From positions 13,131-77,130 of the forward strand of contig DASSAK010000008.1 of assembly GCA_035685445.1 (NCBI GenBank): 64,000 nucleotides of DNA. The letters are read 5' to 3'. Shown here piece after piece: positions 35,381 through 44,732 of the stretch; the stretch's first letter is position 1; each line of letters begins with the position of its first letter. This DNA is from Nitrosopumilaceae archaeon (GTDB taxonomy: Archaea; Thermoproteota; Nitrososphaeria; Nitrososphaerales; Nitrosopumilaceae). A program made the translations under genes and the position numbers. The notes under the pieces were generated by a model. The model saw only the letters and a list, made by a program, of their open reading frames with translations. It was not told the origin of the DNA and made no database searches.

Positions 35381-35421
35381 TTTGATCTGAAATAACAAGA
35401 TTATTTTAAATATCTATTAAC

Positions 35422-36891
35422 GTGGGAATGATTGTGTCAGATTTCGATGTAATTGTAGCGGGTGGAGGATTAGCAGGTACTGTAGCAGCTCAGTCTGTAG
35501 CACATTATTCAAAGCAAGGATTAAAAATTCTGGTCATTGACAGAAGTTCTAGCCATTTACCAGGACAAAAAAGTGTTAGCGGATGGATATGTGGTGATGC
35601 AGTAAGCAAAGAAGCCGTTGACTTCATGACAGAGCGCATCAAAGTTCCGTGGACTGAACCAGAAATTGAACATAAAGTAAAAGGAGTCATGGCATTTTCG
35701 CCAGACAGAGAAACTTCAATTCCCTTTGATGGAGATGGTTACATGCTCAATAGGCAAAAACTCCCTGAGCATCAGAATGAAAGAGCAAGAAAAATGGGAA
35801 TTGAGTTTGATTTTGAAGTTAATCTAACAGGTTTACTTTATGATAATGGTCAAGTAAGTGGAGTTAAAGGAGTAGATAACAAAAACAAACAACCGTACAA
35901 AAAAACTGCCAAAATTGTAATTGATGCGACAGGCATTACCTCAATGTTGAGAAATCAATTACAAAATTCTGACAAGATGGAAAAGAAAATTGATCGCCGA
36001 GATGTTGAATCAACTGGAAGGCATATCATGTATTTTGAAAATGGTGAAAAAGATTTATCTGAATTTGACCCCGATTATTGTATTATTCATTTAGATCAAG
36101 ATATTGCTCCTGGTGGTTATGGTTGGGTTTTTCCAAAAGGTGAGAATAAAGTAAACATTGGATTAGGTGTTGAAAAAACACTTTTGGAAAAAAGAAACAA
36201 AAGATTAGGAAAAAACGATAATGTTTCTATGTTAATTAATGAGTATGTTAAAAGAAATAAAGCGATAAAAAATCCGAAGCTTTCAACAGACCCAGAAGAC
36301 AAAAATAATGCAACCGGTAATTTCCAAGTTTCTGTTAGAAGACAAAATGATTGTATGGTTGCAAATGGGTACATGCTTGTTGGAGATTCTGCATGGATGC
36401 CAAAACCACTTGATGCAGGAGGAATTGGGCCTGCATTAGTTGCAGGAACAATTATTGGAAAATGCGTGGTAGATGCAATTCAATCAGGTGATTTAACTGA
36501 GAAAGGGTTATGGAAGTATAACAAAGAATTCATCAATGAATATGGTTACAAAACTGCAGGTCTGGAATTATTTAGGAGATTAATTCAAACTCTAACAAAC
36601 GAACAGATTAGTTATGGAATGAAACATTTTTTGGGAAATCTTGATGTTGAAGCAATTTCAAAAGGTGAACACCCAGATTTTAGCAGTTTAGGTAAATTAG
36701 GAATGATTATTCGTGGTGCGCTAAACAAAAAACTTGCCAATGGACTCAAATACACTACTCAACAAAACAGATGGCTTACGGAGCATTATTACAACTATCC
36801 TGAAACTCCAGAGGGATTCTACGAATGGAGTAAGAAATTACACTCTGTATTAGACGAGTCTAATGCCAAATTAGTGGCCTTTCAGAACTAA
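35422..36891 (+). CDS. FAD-dependent geranylgeranyl reductase family protein
   Basis: DVIVAGGGLAGTVAA dinucleotide-binding motif, GWVFPKG and LVGDSAW motifs typical of archaeal GGR. GTG start per the track. Confidence 0.75.
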   Translation: MGMIVSDFDVIVAGGGLAGTVAAQSVAHYSKQGLKILVIDRSSSHLPGQKSVSGWICGDAVSKEAVDFMTERIKVPWTEPEIEHKVKGVMAFSPDRETSIPFDGDGYMLNRQKLPEHQNERARKMGIEFDFEVNLTGLLYDNGQVSGVKGVDNKNKQPYKKTAKIVIDATGITSMLRNQLQNSDKMEKKIDRRDVESTGRHIMYFENGEKDLSEFDPDYCIIHLDQDIAPGGYGWVFPKGENKVNIGLGVEKTLLEKRNKRLGKNDNVSMLINEYVKRNKAIKNPKLSTDPEDKNNATGNFQVSVRRQNDCMVANGYMLVGDSAWMPKPLDAGGIGPALVAGTIIGKCVVDAIQSGDLTEKGLWKYNKEFINEYGYKTAGLELFRRLIQTLTNEQISYGMKHFLGNLDVEAISKGEHPDFSSLGKLGMIIRGALNKKLANGLKYTTQQNRWLTEHYYNYPETPEGFYEWSKKLHSVLDESNAKLVAFQN

Positions 36892-36922
36892 GACTTATTT
36901 GTAAAAAAAGTCCCAATTACAA

Positions 36923-37726
36923 TTGACATTGTTACAAGAAACAAGCTATCTAGATTGGAATAATTCTATTAATATTCTAAACAAAGCATATGAGGCAGGA
37001 TTATTTGTTCTTATTATAGGTCCAAAAGGAACTGGCAAAACAACTTTGGTGAGAGATTTTGCAAAAAGAAAATCAAAAAAACTTGAAACAATAAATTTTA
37101 GCCTTAGAACTAGAGAAAGTCATCTAGTTGGAACAAAAACTCTAACAGAAGGATCTGTTGGTTTTGATGAAGGAATTTTGATAAAATCAATGAAAGAAGG
37201 AGGTATATTATATCTTGATGAGATAAACTCTGCTGAAGCAGATGTTTTACTAAGATTAGATGAAGCATTAGATGACAGACGTCAAGTTGTTCTAAAAGAA
37301 GCGACTGGTGAGATAATTAATGCACATAAAGATTGGTTTGTTGTTGCAACAATTAATCCACTTACACATGTTGGAACAAAAGAATTACCACCACAGCTTC
37401 TAAGCCGATTTCCAGTAAGAATTAGACTTGAATATCCACCAGAAGAGATTGAATTACAAATTGTAAAAAAATATGTTTCTGAAAATCATGATAAAGAACT
37501 CATTCAGGGAATAAAACTTGCAAATAATTTGCGTCAAGCAGCTGCAGTTGAAGAATTGTATTATTCACCTAGTCTTAGAGAAACCATTTCTTATGGTAAA
37601 ATGCTTGATTCAGGAATTACTCCTAAAGAAGCTGCAAACATAGTTTTTGGAAACGTATATGCACAATGGGGAAATGTGGAATATCAAAAAGTAAGTGACA
37701 TCATAACCTCAATGTTTGGTAACTAG
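36923..37726 (+). CDS. AAA+ ATPase of the MoxR / CbbQ-NorQ (AAA_5) type
   Basis: Walker A GPKGTGKTT, Walker B ILYLDEIN, compact 267-aa single AAA module. Immediately followed by a VWA protein. Confidence 0.8.
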   Translation: MTLLQETSYLDWNNSINILNKAYEAGLFVLIIGPKGTGKTTLVRDFAKRKSKKLETINFSLRTRESHLVGTKTLTEGSVGFDEGILIKSMKEGGILYLDEINSAEADVLLRLDEALDDRRQVVLKEATGEIINAHKDWFVVATINPLTHVGTKELPPQLLSRFPVRIRLEYPPEEIELQIVKKYVSENHDKELIQGIKLANNLRQAAAVEELYYSPSLRETISYGKMLDSGITPKEAANIVFGNVYAQWGNVEYQKVSDIITSMFGN

Positions 37727-39292
37727 ATGCAAGCACTAAGTTTACGTCACGATACTCTAATTGAAATAGCTACATTTCTTGTTCGACGTTGGGCCGGAGA
37801 AGAAAATGTTACTGTAGAATTTTCAGATAAAACTGATATTAGAACTAGATTAAAGGAAAAAAGAGTAATCTTATCACCTATAGAAAAATTTGTAGGTGAT
37901 GATTTTCAAAGGTATAGACAATTTCGTGCTGCATTGTGGTATGAAGCAATGAGAATAAAATTTTGTAAGAAGATTCTCAGTAACGATCATGCCTTTGGTT
38001 TTATTCTTAACACAATTGAAACGAGAAGAATAGAATTACTTGGAAGAAAAATTTGGAGAGGGATGGATGAAGAAATTATTTTTAATTATGGTTTTCAATG
38101 GAATTATAGACCATTATTAAACTCAATCTATGGAAAAGCAAGAATAGTTGAAGCGTTTTTTCAATATTTCTTATTTGGATCAATTAAGGGGGAAGTTCAA
38201 GCAAGTCATTACGACAAAATACACAATGCGTCTGAATATGCAAAAAAAGTTCTTCAAAGGGCAATTGACAACAATTATGAAACAGAATGGATTGAAAAGC
38301 AAATTCCAGAAATAATCAAAATTTTAGATATTGATTCATTGATGACAATTCCTATGGCACTTCCAAAAATGAAGCTAGGTATGCCAGTTTCAGAAGAAGA
38401 ACTCCTAAAAGCTCTCATCAAAGTTTCAAAACATCGTGAAGGTGATTTTGGAAAAGTTGATCCAAAAGCAACAATCAAAGGAGAAAATGTGTTTGATGAA
38501 TACAAAGTTCTCCTTGATGAAAATAAGAAAAATGAAAACAAAGGTCTTGGTCCTGAAACAATTGGAGTGAAGATTCCAAAATCAACAAGCGTGGATGAAA
38601 CCACAATTTATGATTTAGATCTTATTAACAATCTAAAAACTAAATTTAAAAATTGGAAATCTGGCTGGAAAGAGCATCATCTACGTTCTGGAGAAGAATT
38701 TGATGAAGAGTCATATATTGAAGGACATGAACCTTTTTTCACCGATATTAAAAAAACTATTAAAACAAAAATTGTAATTCTTCTAGATCACTCGTCTAGT
38801 ATTTCATCAGATCAACTAGAATACAAAAAAGCAACCTTGGCTTTATGTGAAGTTCTTTCATATCTGAAAATAAAATTTGCAGTATATGCATTCAGTACAC
38901 AGGCACGCTCAGTTGTCTGTTGGCTCATAAAACCAGAAGATGTAAAATGGAATAATGTTTGTGCAAAAAGACTAGCACAAATTGATGCAAATGGGAGTAC
39001 TCCATTAGCTGAAGTGTATGACAAGATGTATCCAATCATGCAATCAAAAAGACCAGATATTTTTCTGACACTTACAGATGGTGAACCTTCAGATACTGCT
39101 GCGGTTCGTTCAATGTTAAAATCATTCAAATCAATGGGAATTAAGATGGTTGCACTTGGTTTAGGTCCAAATACTATGCGTGCTACAATGATTGCAAATA
39201 ATCTAAGATATTTAGGATATGAGAGAACGCTTGCAGTAAGTAGATTAAATGATATTCCAAAAAAAGTTCTAAATGTTTTAGGAGGAAGTTAA
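37727..39292 (+). CDS. von Willebrand factor A (VWA) domain protein, NorD/CbbO/CobT-like partner of the AAA+ ATPase
   Basis: C-terminal VWA with MIDAS residues LLDHSSSIS (DxSxS) and LTDGEPSD. Its ATG directly follows the ATPase stop (TAGATG). Confidence 0.75.
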   Translation: MQALSLRHDTLIEIATFLVRRWAGEENVTVEFSDKTDIRTRLKEKRVILSPIEKFVGDDFQRYRQFRAALWYEAMRIKFCKKILSNDHAFGFILNTIETRRIELLGRKIWRGMDEEIIFNYGFQWNYRPLLNSIYGKARIVEAFFQYFLFGSIKGEVQASHYDKIHNASEYAKKVLQRAIDNNYETEWIEKQIPEIIKILDIDSLMTIPMALPKMKLGMPVSEEELLKALIKVSKHREGDFGKVDPKATIKGENVFDEYKVLLDENKKNENKGLGPETIGVKIPKSTSVDETTIYDLDLINNLKTKFKNWKSGWKEHHLRSGEEFDEESYIEGHEPFFTDIKKTIKTKIVILLDHSSSISSDQLEYKKATLALCEVLSYLKIKFAVYAFSTQARSVVCWLIKPEDVKWNNVCAKRLAQIDANGSTPLAEVYDKMYPIMQSKRPDIFLTLTDGEPSDTAAVRSMLKSFKSMGIKMVALGLGPNTMRATMIANNLRYLGYERTLAVSRLNDIPKKVLNVLGGS

Positions 39293-39350
39293 CCTGAAAA
39301 ATTTCTGCACAATGGGAAAGTTCTAAATTAAGTAAAAATAAAACGATTGT

Positions 39351-40886
39351 ATGGACAACATTCTACTTGAACGCTTTGAACAAGAAATATGGACTAAGGT
39401 TCCTCACATAGAAAAAAAGGACGGAGAAGCAAAGGTTGTCAATGCTACACCTTTGATTGACATTACTGAGGATTTGAAAGAATGTGCAAAAAATGTGTTT
39501 AACATTAATCTTGCTAATACAGATCTAAAAGTTTTCGGCAAGTTTGATTCTGACTTGTTAACAGGCTCGATTAAAGTCAGACCTGCAGTACACATAATAC
39601 ATGATGCCATTGTTACAGGTAAGCTTTCAAATGGACAAACAATAATTGAAGCTACTTCAGGTAACTTTGGAATAGCACTTGGTTTGTTATCTAAACTGGG
39701 ACTAAATGTAGTTGCACTTGTTTCAAGAAAACTACAAGAAGGAGTCTTTGAAGAGTTAAGAAACGAGAACATACGCATCATGGACCTTGACATGGACATA
39801 TGTCCTGCTCCAGGAATGAAAGATAATCCAAATCTTTTGGCGGCAAAAGCAACAGCAGCAAATATTCGTTCACAGTTATCTGAACTGGGTTTTGATCCTG
39901 CCGTCTTTGATAAAGAATATTCTGAGATAGAATCACTTTTAGCAGCACAAGACATCATAAACTTGGCAAAAGTTCTTGCAAAGATTTACGGATGTTTCTG
40001 TCCAGAACAGTATGATAATGAATTGAATATTGATGTGCATAGAACGGTTACCGCATCTGAAATAGATCAACAATTACATGAACAAGGAAATTCGTTAGAG
40101 GACTTTGAAGTCGTATGCACCTTTGGTACAGGTGGCACCTCGGGGGGTTTGAGTAGATACTTGTCTGAAAAATATGGGAAAAAATCTCTGCATGTAGTGT
40201 TCCCCCCAAGCAATCAGGATGTTGCAGGAATTAGAACAAAAGACAAGGCATCTGGCTTGACATTATATGAACCTGAGAAATATGCTGGACAACACGAAGT
40301 AGACTTTGAACAAGCAAAACTTCTTCTAAAGTTTTTTGTAGACAAAGGTCACAACATAGGAGAAAGTAGTGCTCTTGCACTTTATTCGGTAATTCAAATG
40401 GCAAACTTTGGTGGAGGTAGAAAGTTTGTTGTAATAATTGCTGATGGGATAGACAAGTACAAAAAGAATCTAGAAGAGATGTCTAAGGAGAATAAGCCCC
40501 AGATATCTCTACAAGAAGCTGCATCAAACATAGATGATTATGATAAAGTAATCTGGATTCATACCCAGTATACTCCACGCGAAGAAGGAATAGAGGTAAT
40601 TGCAAAATCGCTTGGCGTTGATAAAAGCAAAATCTCTGTTCCAAAGGCAAGAACTGTAGATCAATTGTTAGCAACGCAACAAATTCCAGAAGAGTTAAGT
40701 AAAGATCTGAGAGGATCTAAAGGTAAATCATTGCTTGTTTGTATGGCAGGCAATACTTCGTTGATGGCTGTAAAAGTGCTTGAAAGTAAAGGAATTGTAA
40801 CTCAAAGTTTGAATGGCGGGATATCAGAACTGCCAGAAGCAAAAACTAAACCAATTCCTGAATTGATTAAAGTGGCTACAGAATAG
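39351..40886 (+). CDS. PLP-dependent cysteine-synthase/TrpB-fold enzyme fused to a C-terminal rhodanese domain
   Basis: GSIKVRPA (PLP lysine context), SGNFGIALG and GTGGTSGG loops. The C-terminal ~100 aa contain LLVCMAGNTSLMAVKVLESKG, a rhodanese active-site Cys loop. Confidence 0.75.
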   Translation: MDNILLERFEQEIWTKVPHIEKKDGEAKVVNATPLIDITEDLKECAKNVFNINLANTDLKVFGKFDSDLLTGSIKVRPAVHIIHDAIVTGKLSNGQTIIEATSGNFGIALGLLSKLGLNVVALVSRKLQEGVFEELRNENIRIMDLDMDICPAPGMKDNPNLLAAKATAANIRSQLSELGFDPAVFDKEYSEIESLLAAQDIINLAKVLAKIYGCFCPEQYDNELNIDVHRTVTASEIDQQLHEQGNSLEDFEVVCTFGTGGTSGGLSRYLSEKYGKKSLHVVFPPSNQDVAGIRTKDKASGLTLYEPEKYAGQHEVDFEQAKLLLKFFVDKGHNIGESSALALYSVIQMANFGGGRKFVVIIADGIDKYKKNLEEMSKENKPQISLQEAASNIDDYDKVIWIHTQYTPREEGIEVIAKSLGVDKSKISVPKARTVDQLLATQQIPEELSKDLRGSKGKSLLVCMAGNTSLMAVKVLESKGIVTQSLNGGISELPEAKTKPIPELIKVATE

Positions 40887-40927
40887 TATGAAATAGGTAA
40901 TAATGTCGAAGTAATAACAGATGTTAA

Positions 40928-41383
40928 ATGAAGTGTCTTTCTGTTTCACAGCCTTTTGCCGACTTGATAGTATCTGGCAAAAAAACTATAGAGCTTAGAA
41001 AATGGAATACTAGTTTTCGTGGAGAATTTTTAGTTCATTCTCCATTGAAAATTAGAATAAATGACTGTAAAAGATTAAAAATTTCAAAAAAACTTGTGGT
41101 TGGAGCTATTATTGGAAAAGCTGAGATCATCGATGTAAAAAAATATAATTCAAGATTAGAAGTTAAAGCTGATTCCAAAAGACATCTTGCTTCACCAGAT
41201 TTTTTTGATAGAAAATATGGTTTTGTTTTAAAAAATCCAAAGACATTTCGAATTCCAATTCCTTGTAAAGGAAAACTAGGTTTTTTTGATGTTGAGATTC
41301 CTAAAAATAAAATCAGAAAAAATGAATTAACATTAGACATCATCGATGAAGAACAAAGATATCGATTAGTAGGACATCATTAA
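40928..41383 (+). CDS. ASCH (PUA-like) domain protein
   Basis: MKCLSVSQPFADLIVSGKKTIELRKW is the canonical ASCH N-terminus. Confidence 0.7.
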   Translation: MKCLSVSQPFADLIVSGKKTIELRKWNTSFRGEFLVHSPLKIRINDCKRLKISKKLVVGAIIGKAEIIDVKKYNSRLEVKADSKRHLASPDFFDRKYGFVLKNPKTFRIPIPCKGKLGFFDVEIPKNKIRKNELTLDIIDEEQRYRLVGHH

Positions 41384-41446
41384 AAATTCTAAATTTGGAG
41401 AAAAATTTACTATCTATATATAAAGGGCTTTAAAAGGAGACTAAAA

Positions 41447-42010
41447 ATGCCGCAAACAAAGCCAATAGTTAGTGTTGAAAACGTTGTAGCTTCTGCATCG
41501 GTGGACCAAAAAATTGATCTAAATGAAGTAACAAAAAAATTTCCAGATACAGAATATCATCCTGATCAGTTTCCTGGTTTGGTATTTAGATTAAAAACAC
41601 CAAGAACTGCGACATTGATTTTTCGAACGGGCAAAATGGTTTGCACCGGAGCAAAATCTGAAGAAATGGCAATAAAAGCTGTTAGAACAGTAGTACAAAA
41701 ACTTAGAAAGGGAAGAATTAAAATTAAAAAAGATGCAATAATTGTTGTTCAAAACATTGTAGCTGCTATTAACTTGGGTGGGAAAATTCATCTTGAAAGA
41801 GCTGCAAGGGTATTACCACGAAGTATGTATGAACCTGAACAATTCCCAGGTTTGATTCACAGAATGCTTGATCCAAAAACTGTAATTTTGTTATTTGCTT
41901 CTGGAAAACTTGTTTGTACTGGAGCTAAAAAAGAGGCAGATGTATATCGTTCTGTTCATAATTTACATTCACTATTAGAAGAAAAAGAACTTATGGTATA
42001 CAACGAGTAG
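41447..42010 (+). CDS. tbp: TATA-box binding protein
   Basis: Two direct repeats, each with ENVVAS.../QNIVAA... and FPGL(V/I)(F/H)R...F.SGK.VCTGAK. Confidence 0.93.
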   Translation: MPQTKPIVSVENVVASASVDQKIDLNEVTKKFPDTEYHPDQFPGLVFRLKTPRTATLIFRTGKMVCTGAKSEEMAIKAVRTVVQKLRKGRIKIKKDAIIVVQNIVAAINLGGKIHLERAARVLPRSMYEPEQFPGLIHRMLDPKTVILLFASGKLVCTGAKKEADVYRSVHNLHSLLEEKELMVYNE

Positions 42011-42016
42011 ATAGTT

Positions 42017-42331
42017 GTGATTTATTCAGTTAAAGCTAAATTTATTGAAGATAAGATGGAAGAATTTTATAGAAAATTAATTGACGGCACAATTAAGAAT
42101 CAAAAGCCGGATGGGCAAGAAATTGTAAATTCTATGAAACGTGCAAAAATTACAGCGCCAAATACAATTGAATGGTCTGAAATGTGTTTTTGTTCACCAC
42201 CATTAAAACATGAAAGAGAAACTATCTACAATAATTTTTTTACAAATATAGAGACAAAAATTATAAGTGATTATACAGATTTTGATGGTGAATTATTTTT
42301 TGAGTTTTTGGAAAAACAATTTAAAAATTAA
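42017..42331 (+). CDS. hypothetical protein
   Basis: 104-aa ORF 6 nt after tbp. GTG start per the track. Confidence 0.4.
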   Translation: MIYSVKAKFIEDKMEEFYRKLIDGTIKNQKPDGQEIVNSMKRAKITAPNTIEWSEMCFCSPPLKHERETIYNNFFTNIETKIISDYTDFDGELFFEFLEKQFKN

Positions 42332-42339
42332 GACTTTTC

Positions 42340-42618
42340 TTAAATTAAATAGATATTTATTAATTGTTTTTTATCAGTTTTTTCTGGGATTTTAAAAGAT
42401 GGCACAATTGAAGTTTGAATTATTTTTCCCTGAGAGCGTATTTTGATAGCATGAGTTTTTGTGAAAATTTGTGATTGTTTAGAAAGTTGTTTTATTTTCC
42501 ATTTTCTATCGCACTGACTACAAACCGTAAAGTAAGTATCATTTTCATTCTCCAACCAATGTTGAAGGATCTTATTGTGACCAATAATCATACATCCTAG
42601 ATATCTTAGTATTTTCAC
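42340..42618 (-). CDS. hypothetical small protein
   Basis: 92-aa ORF. One CxxC (CSQCDRKW). Confidence 0.35.
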   Translation of the reverse strand: MKILRYLGCMIIGHNKILQHWLENENDTYFTVCSQCDRKWKIKQLSKQSQIFTKTHAIKIRSQGKIIQTSIVPSFKIPEKTDKKQLINIYLI

Positions 42619-42751
42619 AGGTTTTCCTCAAAATTTGGTTTTTTCATATTTGATGTATTAAATTGTTAGTAAATTGAATAAACTTGTTAGACCAAGTAGC
42701 CTCAACAAGATAATCTTTTAATTTGATTAAAAAAGATTCCAAAAGGGCACT

Positions 42752-43087
42752 ATGAAAAGAATTGACGCCATGATTCCAAGTATTAGGAGAAATGTTGTTG
42801 TTGATGCAATTATGAAAGCTGGTGCAAAAGGTGTCACAATCGCTGAAGCTAGAGGAAAAGGTTCTGGTGAAAGGCCTCTTGTAAGAGGTCCACGTGCTGC
42901 TGCAAGATACGTTGCTGAATATAACAGAACAGATTGTATTTCAGTAATTCTTGAAGATTCTAAAGTTAACGACATGGTTAATGCAATAATAAATGCTGCA
43001 CATACTGGAAAAGCAGGTGATGGAAAAATATTTGTTTCTACAGTTGAAGAAACCTATGATGTAGGAACCAAATCAAAAATAATGTAA
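42752..43087 (+). CDS. P-II family nitrogen regulatory protein with an atypical T-loop
   Basis: 111 aa. MKRIDAMIPS...GAKGVTIAEARGKGSG...TGKAGDGKIFV matches the P-II fold and B-loop. The T-loop reads ERPLVRGPRAAARYVAEY. Confidence 0.8.
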   Translation: MKRIDAMIPSIRRNVVVDAIMKAGAKGVTIAEARGKGSGERPLVRGPRAAARYVAEYNRTDCISVILEDSKVNDMVNAIINAAHTGKAGDGKIFVSTVEETYDVGTKSKIM

Positions 43088-43113
43088 TTAATTTTGTATT
43101 AGTTTTAGATAAT

Positions 43114-43962
43114 TCAGAACTTGGTTCTAATCTTTGAAATTAGTATTGCAGGAGCTACAAAGTACATTCCAACATTCATAAGTATAATTCCAATCCCATA
43201 ACCAAGCATTTCTTGCTCTGAATCAATATCAACATGATTTAGAATTGATAGTGACATTAACAAGGGTGTAATTGTAATCTTTACTGATTCCTTAAATGCA
43301 TAGTTTTGTCTTTCCCAATCAGCTATTGTAGGTGAAAAAGAATAGTAGATTTTATTGAATAATTCCATAAAAGATGATCCTGAATCAGTTTGAAGCAAAG
43401 TGTTGTCTCTAGTCTCTCGCAATAACTGTACTTGTGGTGAAAGCTCAGAACCATATGTTGCAGTTGCAATTAGACATCCACCTCCTTCAGGAGTTTGGAT
43501 CTCTGTTGTAGAACATTTTCCATCAATTAGAATTTCTCCTGGTTTGCAAACAGGTTCTTTGATTTCTTCTTTAACTTCTGTTTTATTTTCACGAGTCATT
43601 GCAGGAGTCGGATCAACTACTCCAGTTTGGGCTTCCTCGGCACTTTCTGCGATTTCAAGTGCAACATAGTATCTACTTTTTTCAATAAGTTTTTCATATC
43701 TATCTGGACCATTATACGTCCAAAGTGGATCGTTGTATAAGCTTACACAAACTCTGGATTCAATTGAATGCTTATGATGATCAAAAAACTTGTTTCCAAG
43801 TATCTGGTATAGTGATAAGTTTTCTTCACACCACTCTATTCCATTTTGTGTAAAGGCATCATTGGCAAAAAATGGAGTGGCAGCATCTACTGAATAAATG
43901 TCAGATAATGGCGGTAAGGATATCGTAACGATTACAAAAATCACCATTAATTTTGATATCAA
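43114..43962 (-). CDS. secreted protein with a C-terminal membrane anchor and a C-LIATA-YGS...LRETRD module
   Basis: Signal-like N-terminus, GGGCLIATATYGSELSPQVQLLRETRD motif, and a hydrophobic C-terminal segment (GIGIILMNVGMYFVAPAILI). Confidence 0.5.
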   Translation of the reverse strand: MISKLMVIFVIVTISLPPLSDIYSVDAATPFFANDAFTQNGIEWCEENLSLYQILGNKFFDHHKHSIESRVCVSLYNDPLWTYNGPDRYEKLIEKSRYYVALEIAESAEEAQTGVVDPTPAMTRENKTEVKEEIKEPVCKPGEILIDGKCSTTEIQTPEGGGCLIATATYGSELSPQVQLLRETRDNTLLQTDSGSSFMELFNKIYYSFSPTIADWERQNYAFKESVKITITPLLMSLSILNHVDIDSEQEMLGYGIGIILMNVGMYFVAPAILISKIRTKF

Positions 43963-44047
43963 GGTTCAAAGTGATATTGATTCACCAAAAGATAATACTT
44001 TCTACTAATTTACGGATTTATCTAGACGAATAAAAATTCGTTACAAA

Positions 44048-44731
44048 TTATCTTTTAAAACTAAATGTAATTTGTTCATTTTCGTTTCCATGTTTCATTT
44101 TTAATGTATATGTTCCACTGTTTTCCCATCCAGAGCCACCGGCGATGGCCAAAGTAGAATATTCACCACTTTCTTTAATCTTGATGTCTTCTGCCCAAAT
44201 CAATTCTCCATTTGGATTTTCAATTGATAAATTTATTGTGTTTCCAAGTGATTTTTTTGATTTTCCAGAAATTGAAATTATATCGCCTTCATTATATGAA
44301 GATTGATCTAAATCTAACAACCCAGAACTTGGAACAATCACAGGATTGTTGGAACCAACATCAATCTCATTTGTTCCCAGCAACACTGCCGCAATTATTG
44401 CTAGTACAATTGCAGCTCCGCCAATTATTACTTTGATGTTTGTTTTGTCTTTAGGTTTATGTGTTACAATAGTCGAAGTGTGAAGTTGTGGCGATGTGGT
44501 AGGAACTTGTTCTTGAGGGGATAAAATTTCTGTAAGTTTTTCTGGAGGGGTTTCTACTTTAGGTTCTGGGGGTTTTCTTAAATCTTCAATTAATTTTCTA
44601 ACATAATTTCTCTCATAATTTGAAATTGCTTCATTGTTTTCAGCAGCACGTTTGATTTGCTCAAGGACTTTTTTATCACCTATGTCTTTGTTAAGCAGTT
44701 CCTTTACATTGTCAAGTATATCTTCTGGCAT
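44048..44731 (-). CDS. single-pass membrane protein with a Pro-rich linker and beta-rich ectodomain
   Basis: 227 aa. TM IIGGAAIVLAIIAAVLLG. Its start lies 1 nt from the upstream gene's stop. Confidence 0.5.
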   Translation of the reverse strand: MPEDILDNVKELLNKDIGDKKVLEQIKRAAENNEAISNYERNYVRKLIEDLRKPPEPKVETPPEKLTEILSPQEQVPTTSPQLHTSTIVTHKPKDKTNIKVIIGGAAIVLAIIAAVLLGTNEIDVGSNNPVIVPSSGLLDLDQSSYNEGDIISISGKSKKSLGNTINLSIENPNGELIWAEDIKIKESGEYSTLAIAGGSGWENSGTYTLKMKHGNENEQITFSFKR

Positions 44732-44732
44732 C

